64,000 nucleotides of DNA from the IMG/VR virus record IMGVR_UViG_3300049137_000157, positions 1 to 64,000 of that record; one strand, written 5' to 3'. Each line of letters opens with the position of its first letter. Position 1 is the stretch's first letter. Source of the DNA: a virus. Both the position numbers and the translations under genes were made by a program. The notes under the pieces are model-generated. The model worked only from the letters and a program-made list of their open reading frames with translations. It ran no database searches and had not been told where the DNA came from. Shown piece by piece: positions 56,232 through 64,000 of the stretch.

Positions 56232-56585
56232 ATGCAGAAGGTGCTCATGAGCGACGGCGATCTGACCAAGGACTCCTTGACGAGCCTCGTCGCCGATGTC
56301 ACCGGAGTGTCGAAGCCGGTGACAGCCCACGTCCTGGAGACCGCTTTCGACGCCATCGCCAAGCGCGTCGCGTCGGGGTACAAGGTGACCGTCTCGAACT
56401 TCGGATCCTGGGGTCGCATCGAGAGGCCCGAACGCTTCGCCCGCAACCCGCAGAACGGCGAGCGGATTCTCGTCGAGAAGCGCAACGACGTGAAGTTTCA
56501 TCCGGCGGCACGGTTCGTGGCGTTCACGAACTCCGACCGTCCGGAGGAAGCCACCATCCGAAAGATTCCCAAGGGCCAGGCGTGA
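56232..56585 (+). CDS. hup: HU family DNA-binding protein
   Basis: LTKDSL...VAD.TGVSK...VTVSNFGSW..IERPERFARNPQNGE.I....VKFHPA. Confidence 0.88.
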   Translation: MQKVLMSDGDLTKDSLTSLVADVTGVSKPVTAHVLETAFDAIAKRVASGYKVTVSNFGSWGRIERPERFARNPQNGERILVEKRNDVKFHPAARFVAFTNSDRPEEATIRKIPKGQA

Positions 56586-56677
56586 AGGCATAGTGGCCCA
56601 GGCCAATCTCTGATAGAGTGAAGGCACGAACTTCCGGTACGGAGATACCAGAAGACCCCTCGGAAAGGGAGAAGAAA

Positions 56678-57121
56678 GTGTTTCGTCTGAAGACCCCCGC
56701 GCGCAGTGTCGCCCGCACCGTCCGCAACCGGTTCGAGGGCGCGAACGCGGCCGACGTGGACGCCTTCGCCGAGATGGCCCTCGTCGTCGCCTACCGCAAC
56801 CGCACGGCCAGCGACGACGAGGCCATCAGCGCCCTCATCTCGGAGCAGTTCGCCAAGGACGTCGAGAGCGGCGTGGAGTACGCGGTCAACCTGACCAATC
56901 TCCGTGTCGACAAGGTCCTGCGTCCGGCGTTCCAGGAGGCCGTCAGCCTCGGCGTCGACCCGGTGACGACTCTGGTCGTCAAGGCCGGTGTCACCATCGA
57001 CGAGGCCGCTGAGATCGTCGCCAAGCTGTCCGCCGAGACCGACACCGCCGACGAGCCGCAGACCTCGGTCTCCGCCATCGACGCGGCCGACGACGACTAC
57101 CCGGCCGCCGACGCCGCCTGA
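56678..57121 (+). CDS. hypothetical protein upstream of translocase
   Basis: RBS gggag; preceded by GGCCCAGGCC variant (56595-56604). Confidence 0.65.
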   Translation: MFRLKTPARSVARTVRNRFEGANAADVDAFAEMALVVAYRNRTASDDEAISALISEQFAKDVESGVEYAVNLTNLRVDKVLRPAFQEAVSLGVDPVTTLVVKAGVTIDEAAEIVAKLSAETDTADEPQTSVSAIDAADDDYPAADAA

Positions 57122-57233
57122 TCCACCGCCAGCGCCCACCAGAGGCCCGAGTCCCCGCACCGTGGGCTCGGGCCTCTGGGCTGTTCCCGTTCGCACGAAT
57201 TTCCGACTGATCATCAGAAAGGAGTTGAACCCC

Positions 57234-58520
57234 GTGCTCACCGCATCCGAGGAGGAGCAGCGGCTCCTCGACCTGCTCACCCCCAAGTGGTGGGCGGAGC
57301 AGAGCGTCACCAAGGGAATCAGGGACACCAAGCTCCTGAAGGTTGACCTCACGGAGTCCGGGGTGACCGTTGGTCTGGAACTCACGGGAAGTTCCGACAT
57401 CGTCGAACTGCGCAAGAAGATCGGAAGCCTTCGAGTTCTGCTTCAAGTCGAGGACGAAACGATCCTCGACCTGCTTCCCGGCGGGCGCGCCCACCTTGTC
57501 TCCGTCTCTGTGCGCACTCGATATGTGACCGACGACGAGGACCTGCTGTGGCACCCAGGTCGAGAGGGCCTCGGGCTGGACACCCTGACGGGTAAACCCG
57601 TGTCGGTCCCGTACCACGAGCGTCTGCTTCTGGGCGGCTCCTCGGGATCGGGCAAGTCGTGGACCATGCGCCCCTACGTCGCGAGGACCCTCACGATCCC
57701 GCACATCGAAATCGGCTGGTTCGTGGACGGAAAGGTCGACGAGGGGAACAAGTGGAAGGGCATTCTTCCCCGGATCTACAGCGGCCCGTCCGGGTGCGTG
57801 GAGGCCGTCGAGGACGGTTTCGACGAGCTGACGCGCCGTACGTTGCTGATGGAGCAGGAGGGCCTGTCCAAGTGGGACACCCGCCTCGGCCCCATCAAGA
57901 TCTTCTTCGTGGACGAGGGCTTCTCCATCATCTCCAGCCTCAAGGACGAGGAGAAGTACCGCAAGGAACAGCGGGAAAGGGGTGACCCTCAGGAACGCAG
58001 GTTGACGGTCCGGCTGAGCGAGCTGTCGACGCAGGGCCGGAGCAAGGGCATCGTCGTGGTGTGGTGCACGCAGAACCCGACGCGCGCCGGAGAGCAGCCT
58101 GGAATCCTGCCGCAGGTAGTGGCGAACATCGACTACCGGATCGGTCTGCGTACGCAGGACGAGGACAACACGAAGGTCATCTTCGCGGGGCGTCCGGCTG
58201 GCCTGGACACGCACCTGATTCCTCCGGGGGACAGGTACCGGGGGTACTGGTACCTGAACGCTCACGGCCCGAGCCTCGTACGTTCTTGGACCATCTCGGA
58301 CGAGATGATCCCGCTGCTCGCTTATCCCGATCTCGGGCGTGGCCGGTGGCCTCGCGACATCGCACTGAAGACCCTGCGGTCCCACGACGGCTGGTGGGAT
58401 GCCGAGCGGCTGGCGGCGAAGACGGGGTGCGGCACGGAGCAGGCTCGCAAGTTCCTGAACTCGTTCAGTCGAGAGGGCCTTGGCCGGATGGATCAGGGAC
58501 GCTTCGAGTTGGTGCGATAA
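57234..58520 (+). CDS. FtsK/SpoIIIE-family ATPase, Streptomyces TraB-like
   Basis: Walker A GGSSGSGKS, Walker B IFFVDEG, TQGRSKG, CTQNP, RIGLR, C-terminal wHTH. Confidence 0.8.
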   Translation: MLTASEEEQRLLDLLTPKWWAEQSVTKGIRDTKLLKVDLTESGVTVGLELTGSSDIVELRKKIGSLRVLLQVEDETILDLLPGGRAHLVSVSVRTRYVTDDEDLLWHPGREGLGLDTLTGKPVSVPYHERLLLGGSSGSGKSWTMRPYVARTLTIPHIEIGWFVDGKVDEGNKWKGILPRIYSGPSGCVEAVEDGFDELTRRTLLMEQEGLSKWDTRLGPIKIFFVDEGFSIISSLKDEEKYRKEQRERGDPQERRLTVRLSELSTQGRSKGIVVVWCTQNPTRAGEQPGILPQVVANIDYRIGLRTQDEDNTKVIFAGRPAGLDTHLIPPGDRYRGYWYLNAHGPSLVRSWTISDEMIPLLAYPDLGRGRWPRDIALKTLRSHDGWWDAERLAAKTGCGTEQARKFLNSFSREGLGRMDQGRFELVR

Positions 58521-58532
58521 AAAAGCAGACTG

Positions 58533-58562
58533 TTGACTCCTGAAAGCAAGAACCGGTAATCT
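58533..58562 (+). promoter_or_regulatory. sigma70/HrdB-type promoter
   Basis: TTGACT-N18-TAATCT. Confidence 0.6.
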
Positions 58563-58960
58563 TAAAGCAGAACGAGGGGATGCCAACCCCTCGCAGGGCA
58601 CAGACCCGCGAGCACTGGAGCCAACCAGAACTCGCGGGGACCCGCCTTCTTCCGCTTCAGTCGGTCTATCCCCCACTGAATCGGAGCATCTCGCAGTCTG
58701 CCGCCAGGAGTCAGGCGGGCAGCGGGGCGGCGACCGCACGTGATGCGCACCCGACGGCCAATCGGGTAGGCGGGCTCGCGACCCGCGTCGTCGACTGGTA
58801 CCGCCTTGCGTCGAGGGGAAGCTGGACACTTCACAAGGGACGACGCGGGGCGGTACTTCTTAGCTGGGCGGCGGCTGCCGCTCTCGTGACCTCCGGACGG
58901 GACGCGAGAAGCAGCCGCCGCCCTTCCGTATCCGGAAAGGCAAAAGGAAGAGGTATCAGC

Positions 58961-59200
58961 GTGGCTAAGCGTGGCGGAAACGGTGGCAGGGTCGGCCGAG
59001 AGCCCGGACCGCAGGGCGGTCGCGTCAACTACAGCAGCCCCGGCCGAGCGGGCACCGCAGCGGTCTCCCCGCACGGCCCCTGCAACGGCTCCGGAGTGAT
59101 CGAGACCGTCCAGCCCGAGACCGGGAACGTTTCCTCGCAGGACTGCGAGCCGTGCCGGGGTAGCGGCCGGACCTTCTGGGGCAAGAAGAACGGCGCGTGA
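58961..59200 (+). CDS. Gly-rich small protein with CxGxG zinc motifs
   Basis: RBS aaaggaagagg; PCNGSG, CEPCRGSG; ORF may extend to 58580. Confidence 0.55.
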   Translation: MAKRGGNGGRVGREPGPQGGRVNYSSPGRAGTAAVSPHGPCNGSGVIETVQPETGNVSSQDCEPCRGSGRTFWGKKNGA

Positions 59201-59390
59201 GGATCGGATAACAGCAAGATCCGCCACTTGCTCTCCAGGGCCAAGCCGACGGATCCGAGATCCTGAATAGCCAGTGAAGTCGGTGGTATTGCTTGCAGCA
59301 TCACAGGGCCCCTCTTCGGAGGGGCCTTTTGCTCTTGTCCGAAATCGGTACGATCACCGTACTGTCCCGTGGGGAATAAGGGGATCCGAC

Positions 59391-59759
59391 GTGCCGGAGC
59401 AGGTAGAGATCGGTGGCGAAATCCTCCGTCCGGGTGATGAGGTTCTCGTCTGTGGTGGTCCGTTCGGCAAGCCTCAGCGGCGGGCCCGGGTCGCAGGGAT
59501 TGGGACCCGGCGAATCATCCTGAACGAGGGTGGAACCGAGACGGCGTACAGCCTGGAGACCCGTTCCACCGGGGGGAACTACCGGAACCGACGGACCTTC
59601 CGCACCCTCACGGAGCAGGCTGGAATCGACGAACGAGAAGACCTGAAACGTCAGCTCTTCGATCTAGGTTTCATGGAAACCAGCATTGGCAGACTGAACG
59701 TTTATTCAACATGTACGCTGCATCAGATCGTGGAGATTCTGAAGGAGAACGCAGCGTGA
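59391..59759 (+). CDS. hypothetical protein
   Basis: RBS aagggg. Confidence 0.55.
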   Translation: MPEQVEIGGEILRPGDEVLVCGGPFGKPQRRARVAGIGTRRIILNEGGTETAYSLETRSTGGNYRNRRTFRTLTEQAGIDEREDLKRQLFDLGFMETSIGRLNVYSTCTLHQIVEILKENAA

Positions 59760-60079
59760 TCGAGCTGAAGAAGTGGCACATCCAGTGCACCGACGAGGCC
59801 CGCAAGGCGATCCAGAACCTCTCCCCGGAAACCAGGGAGAAGCTGCACGAACAGCTCGACTTCCTCTCCGGCCGTCCGTACGAACACGGAGTTCCCACCT
59901 GGAACCTGAAGGAGCGGCGACTCCTGATGGAGGAGGGCGGGGTCGGCATGACGGTGTGGGTTTCCGACGAAGTGCAGACTCTGACGGTCGCGCACATACA
60001 CCCTGCCGTCGCAGACGAGGTGAAGTCCGGCGAGCCGGAAGCGGAGGGCGTTCTCCAGGAGGAACTCGAAGCCGCCTGA
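59756..60079 (+). CDS. RelE/ParE-fold protein (putative)
   Basis: W.I..TDEARKAIQNLS...REKL...LD.L...P...G...R.L......V..V..I. Confidence 0.55.
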   Translation: MIELKKWHIQCTDEARKAIQNLSPETREKLHEQLDFLSGRPYEHGVPTWNLKERRLLMEEGGVGMTVWVSDEVQTLTVAHIHPAVADEVKSGEPEAEGVLQEELEAA

Positions 60080-60141
60080 TTTCGTCAACTTCCCAAACCT
60101 TTCGGGGGGTTGGGTCGATCGAGTCTCTCTCGTGATAGACT

Positions 60142-60151
60142 GGCCTAGGCC
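60142..60151. promoter_or_regulatory. GGCCTAGGCC site
   Basis: Exact, directly after TAGACT and before RBS. Confidence 0.7.
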
Positions 60152-60164
60152 GAAAGGGGGAAAG

Positions 60165-60455
60165 ATGCAGGAGTACCACGACGCTCATCGCGTCGCCCGG
60201 CACCTGGGGGTTCCTCGGGGAGACGTCGTCAAGTGGGCGCACAACCCGCTCGACGGATTCCCGATGCCGGACGGATGGCTGCACGCCGGAACGTCCGTCA
60301 ACCCCACCCCCATCTGGCGCGAGAGCAAGCTGCGCGAACTGCGTTCCTGGCTCGCCTCTCGTCTCGAAGTCGCCGACCCGGACATCTACTGGGCCAAGGT
60401 CGACGAACTGGGTGCCCCGAAGGTGCCCGACGGCCAGATGGAGATGCTCTTCTGA
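60165..60455 (+). CDS. AlpA/excisionase-like DNA-binding protein (putative)
   Basis: VARHLGVPRGDVVKW...FPMPD...PIW. Confidence 0.55.
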   Translation: MQEYHDAHRVARHLGVPRGDVVKWAHNPLDGFPMPDGWLHAGTSVNPTPIWRESKLRELRSWLASRLEVADPDIYWAKVDELGAPKVPDGQMEMLF

Positions 60456-60510
60456 CGACAGCAGCCGTCGCTCCACGAGAGAGCGCCGGTCTCGGAAAGG
60501 AAAAGATCAC

Positions 60511-60765
60511 GTGAACCCGGATGAGAAGAACGAGTTCATCGACTCCCACCTTGTCGCCCACGATCTGACGGTCGTGGCAACCTCCGTCGTCGCGGGCGGG
60601 GTCGGAACCCTGGTCGGCGGGTCCGCCGAGGGGCTTCTCGGCGCGGGCGTCGCCCTCGCGGTAGGAGTCACGGCGCTTTCCGTCAGCCCGATGCGCCGGG
60701 GGATCAACCGGCTGGCCCTCAAGGCCGTCGAGGCGAGTTCGCCGCACACCCGCCCGCAGGACTGA
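60511..60765 (+). CDS. membrane protein
   Basis: Two Gly/Ala/Val-rich TM segments. Confidence 0.6.
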   Translation: MNPDEKNEFIDSHLVAHDLTVVATSVVAGGVGTLVGGSAEGLLGAGVALAVGVTALSVSPMRRGINRLALKAVEASSPHTRPQD

Positions 60766-60780
60766 ACGACAGGAACCGGC

Positions 60781-61053
60781 ATGACCTGGGAAGACCTGGC
60801 CCTTGAAGTCGAACTGACCTACCGCGACCCCGCCAATCCGGAACGTGTGTTCCGGGATGTGTGGTACGAACGCGGCTACCTCGGTCAAGCCTTCACGGGT
60901 TGGGTCTTCTCCTACATGGACCGGACTTTCATGGTCCGTTACCGCTGGATCGATTCCAACGGTCTGCACAGCCCCCGCTCCTATTGGAGCCGCAGTCGAG
61001 CGAGGAAGGCGCTCCAGAAGTGGAGCATCCATCAAGAACTCCCCGCCCTGTGA
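60781..61053 (+). CDS. hypothetical protein
   Basis: RBS agga. Confidence 0.6.
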   Translation: MTWEDLALEVELTYRDPANPERVFRDVWYERGYLGQAFTGWVFSYMDRTFMVRYRWIDSNGLHSPRSYWSRSRARKALQKWSIHQELPAL

Positions 61054-61073
61054 TCTCGGAAAGGACCAGCAAC

Positions 61074-61358
61074 GTGGCGAAGTACGAGGACGACGCGATA
61101 GCCGTCCACCCGACTGCCCGGGATTTCCGGCCTGTGGAGGTCGGCCTTGCGGCCAAGAAAGTGCTCGGCTGGACGTACTCGACCCGTCAGGACAACGGCG
61201 ACGGTATCCCCTTGAGTGCATTCCCTCAGGGGTTCGGATGGGTCACCGTCCAAGGCGACGTCTCGCGGGACGTGGCCGCATCGCGGAGGGACGCCATCCG
61301 CAACATGCGGGCCTTCCTTCGGACCCCGCTCACCCTGCGGAAGGGATCAGGAACGTGA
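61074..61358 (+). CDS. hypothetical protein
   Basis: RBS aaagga. Confidence 0.55.
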   Translation: MAKYEDDAIAVHPTARDFRPVEVGLAAKKVLGWTYSTRQDNGDGIPLSAFPQGFGWVTVQGDVSRDVAASRRDAIRNMRAFLRTPLTLRKGSGT

Positions 61359-61546
61359 CCGCTCCGACCGAGAAGCGTTGCCAGGGCGTTCCGCACGGCC
61401 CCGACGACCCATGTACCTGCACCGGCTGCTGGGCCTGCCCCGGTAACGAGGTCGGCTGCACCTGTGACATCGACTGGGGGTGTGTGTACGGGCGTTGCTC
61501 CTGCCCGACTCCCCCCGTTAGCCCGGAAGGAACCGCATGCCTCTGA
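61355..61546 (+). CDS. small Cys-rich protein
   Basis: 9 Cys in 63 aa. Confidence 0.5.
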   Translation: MTAPTEKRCQGVPHGPDDPCTCTGCWACPGNEVGCTCDIDWGCVYGRCSCPTPPVSPEGTACL

Positions 61547-61779
61547 CGTTCGGCAAGCTCAAGGCAGCCATCGCCCAGCTCGAAAAGATCGACGTGTCCG
61601 ACGAGACCCTGGTCGTCATGGCCAAGCGGTCCGAAAGCGGCGACGCCTCACCCCTCGACGAGGTCGACCTCGGAGTCTACGAGGCGGAGAACGACTGGTC
61701 GGGTGAACTGACCGGCGACGACGGCAAGCCGCTCGGTCCGGGCGAAGTGCAGGTCATCGCCCTCTGGCCGGTCAACTGA
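61537..61779 (+). CDS. hypothetical protein
   Basis: RBS aagga. Confidence 0.6.
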   Translation: MPLTFGKLKAAIAQLEKIDVSDETLVVMAKRSESGDASPLDEVDLGVYEAENDWSGELTGDDGKPLGPGEVQVIALWPVN

Positions 61780-61797
61780 CAGGAAAGGAGAAGAAAC

Positions 61798-62199
61798 GTG
61801 GGTGACTACCTCGAAGCCATGAGGCACTTCATGGCGGCCAACGGCACACCAGTCGAGATCAACAAGGAGGAGCGGGCGAAGCGTCCGGATTTCCCCGAGT
61901 CGTGGATCGGTCAGTTCTCGTGGCAGGACTTCAACGCCACCCGGCACATCGAGAGTTCCGAGTGCAGGTGGGAGGTGCCGAAAGGGGCTGTCCTCCACGA
62001 GGTCACCTACACCACCTTCGGCGACACGTACAACGACGACATCACGGTAGGGATCAACGCCAACTCCACCCCCGAAGCGGACATCCACTGCACCTGTGGC
62101 CAATACACCGACATGACCCTGCGGTGGAACGGCACCATGAAAGACGCCCTCTGGTCCCTTCTGGGATTCCCGCCCAGTCAGACCGAATGGACTCTCTGA
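61798..62199 (+). CDS. hypothetical protein
   Basis: RBS aaaggag. Confidence 0.6.
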   Translation: MGDYLEAMRHFMAANGTPVEINKEERAKRPDFPESWIGQFSWQDFNATRHIESSECRWEVPKGAVLHEVTYTTFGDTYNDDITVGINANSTPEADIHCTCGQYTDMTLRWNGTMKDALWSLLGFPPSQTEWTL

Positions 62200-62209
62200 A
62201 AGGACCGAC

Positions 62210-62479
62210 ATGCTGACACATGGCGAAGTCGACTTCCCGCACGAGGAACTGCTCCAGGGCGAGTACCCGGGCTCCGGCAACGTGATCACTGTCTTCGAGA
62301 GCCTCACGGGGCGAGGCGCGCTCCTCCCGCTCGGCTGGGTCTTCCAGACCTTCGACGGCAAGCACGGATGGATCTCCGTCGAGGGTGTCGTCTGCTTCGG
62401 TTTGGAGGAGACCTCCCAGCAGGCCCGTGCCGCCCTCCGCGACTTCGTGGACGGAGGTGCCCTGCCGTGGAGCGCCTGA
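62210..62479 (+). CDS. hypothetical protein
   Basis: RBS aaagga. Confidence 0.55.
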   Translation: MLTHGEVDFPHEELLQGEYPGSGNVITVFESLTGRGALLPLGWVFQTFDGKHGWISVEGVVCFGLEETSQQARAALRDFVDGGALPWSA

Positions 62480-64000
62480 CTCTGCGGGACTACCAGGTGG
62501 ACGCTGTGCGGATCCTGAAAGATGGGGGCATCAACGCCTCCGGTCTCGGCGCGGGGAAGACCCTGATGTCCGTCATGGCAGCCGCCACGCTGAAACTCGG
62601 CAGGAAGCCTCGCATACTCGTCATCTGCCCGCCCACGGTGACCGGGCAGTGGAAGGGAACCTTCGAGCTTCAGTTCCCGAGCCTCCGTGACGGGGGTGTA
62701 CGCATCCTCGGCACCCACCGGAAGGACCTGGAGGGCTGGGCCGAGCTGACCGCCCGGAAGAAGACGAACGGGGTCTACATCATCGGCTGGAACGCCATGT
62801 ACGGCGGCGTACCGGACGGCGTACGCCGGGATGCCTCCCGGGGACAGAACGCCCAGCGCAAGAACCCGAAGGTGACGCAGGCGTCCGTGAAGCTGGCCAT
62901 CAAGCAGGGCACGGTCCCCCCGTGGACGCGCGCCGGAACGTTCGACCTCGTGATCATCGACGAGGCGCACCGGGCACTGAACACGAGCGGAGTCCCCTGG
63001 AACGTCCTGAAGGTCATCAAAGCGGACCGAAAGCTGGCACTCTCGGGGACCCCGGCAGGATCCAAGCCGGAGAACCTGTGGGGGCTGCTGAACTTGGTCT
63101 GGCCAAGGGAGTACTCCAACCGGTGGGACTGGATCAACAGGTACTTCCACGTGACGCAGGATCAGGTCTCCGACACGAGGACAATCACGGTCATCGGCGA
63201 GGAGATCATTCCGGGAAAACTCTGGGATGACATCCCGGCGGTGGTCCGGGTGAAGACCGAGGACGTCGTCGACATGCCGCCGGTCATCGACCGGCAGTGC
63301 GTCATCCCGATGGCCCCCGAGCAGGCTCGCCAGTACCGCGAATTCGAAGAGCAGTGCCTGGCGTGGCTCGGAGACCAGCCGGTGGGCGTGTCCCTCGACA
63401 TCGAGAAGCGCAGCAGGCTCCGTCAAATCGCACTCGGCACGGCCCTGGGGGCCGGGTACAAGCTGGTCGACCGCAAGATCATGGGAATCGATCCGGAAAC
63501 TGGAATCATCTCGGCCCGAAAAGAAAAGGTCGAGGTCCCGGACGTCCAGTACGACCCGGACGCCGAGCAGCCGAAGATCGACGCTATCAAGGAGATCCTT
63601 GCCGATCTCCCGGACGGCGAGCCCTTGCTGGTCTGGACAAACTCCGCCACCTGGGCCCGAATGGCGGCCGAGAAGCTGGGTTCCAAGGCCGTCTCCTGGT
63701 CGATGAAAACGACCAAGGCCCGTCGAGAGAAGATCAAGGCCACGTTCGGCAGGGAGGGCGGCCCGCGCATCCTCGTTGCCCAGCTTCAGTCCCTGGCGGA
63801 AGGCGTCGACTGGCTCAAGGACGTCTGCCGCTGCGAGGTCATCGCCTCGCAGACGGAGGATCCAGTGATCAACGAACAGGCCGAAGGACGTCTGTACCGG
63901 CCAGGACAGAAGCACTCCGTCCAGCGTTGGCGTCTGATCTCGGAAGACACGATTGACGACGAGGTGCACCAGAAGGACATCGAGAAGCGGGTCCGTCTCG
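62467..64000 (+). CDS. SNF2-like SF2 helicase (3' truncated by window edge; absent from ORF track)
   Basis: LRDYQ Q-motif, GLGAGKT, VICP, IIDEAH, LSGTP...ENLWGLLNLV, EQAEGRLYRPGQ. Confidence 0.88.
   Translation, partial: MERLTLRDYQVDAVRILKDGGINASGLGAGKTLMSVMAAATLKLGRKPRILVICPPTVTGQWKGTFELQFPSLRDGGVRILGTHRKDLEGWAELTARKKTNGVYIIGWNAMYGGVPDGVRRDASRGQNAQRKNPKVTQASVKLAIKQGTVPPWTRAGTFDLVIIDEAHRALNTSGVPWNVLKVIKADRKLALSGTPAGSKPENLWGLLNLVWPREYSNRWDWINRYFHVTQDQVSDTRTITVIGEEIIPGKLWDDIPAVVRVKTEDVVDMPPVIDRQCVIPMAPEQARQYREFEEQCLAWLGDQPVGVSLDIEKRSRLRQIALGTALGAGYKLVDRKIMGIDPETGIISARKEKVEVPDVQYDPDAEQPKIDAIKEILADLPDGEPLLVWTNSATWARMAAEKLGSKAVSWSMKTTKARREKIKATFGREGGPRILVAQLQSLAEGVDWLKDVCRCEVIASQTEDPVINEQAEGRLYRPGQKHSVQRWRLISEDTIDDEVHQKDIEKRVRL

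Larger units (their letters stand above)
1..64000. mobile_element. Large actinobacterial phage/prophage or phage-plasmid-like element (non-structural region)
   Basis: Tightly packed small ORFs with strong GGAG/AAAGGAG RBSs; primase, DnaB, ThyX, HU, EndoVII, SNF2, tyrosine recombinase, TraB-like ATPase; no host housekeeping operons; no structural genes in window. Confidence 0.85.

Noticed and set aside
61648-63969. 773-aa minus-strand ORF
   Set aside because: Antisense shadow of the SNF2 helicase and upstream genes, typical of high-GC DNA; the same applies to 34329..35435, 42030..43673, 45792..47057, 51709..53604, 56991..58829, 18921..20666
1-64000. Virion structural genes, reverse transcriptase (retron/DGR), IS transposases, rRNA
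   Set aside because: No recognisable motifs in the ORF track or by reading; absence is limited to this window and to inspection by eye

Overview
High-GC actinobacterial (most likely Streptomyces) mobile-element DNA: a 64 kb slice of a large phage, prophage or phage-plasmid-like replicon. It is densely packed with short ORFs of unknown function. Recognisable parts are a phage-type replisome block (primase, DnaB, three initiator-like wHTH proteins, a putative origin), ThyX, HU, a tyrosine recombinase, two endonuclease VII genes, a TraB/FtsK-type translocase, a GntR-like regulator and a SNF2-like helicase cut by the right edge. No virion, terminase, rRNA, CRISPR or canonical tRNA genes were seen. 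The most striking locus (33.3-37.1 kb, minus strand) is an RNA-surveillance/repair module: three tandem Y-RNA-like ncRNAs sharing one scaffold but carrying different inserts (a hairpin, a T-arm, a full circularly permuted tRNA), then an ATP-dependent RNA ligase, an unknown ORF, Ro60/TROVE and a cold-shock protein. A palindrome, GGCCTAGGCC, recurs at about 15 intergenic, promoter-like sites and suggests an element-wide regulon. All family calls are from motif recognition by eye; no searches were run, and many start codons are my choice based on RBS position.
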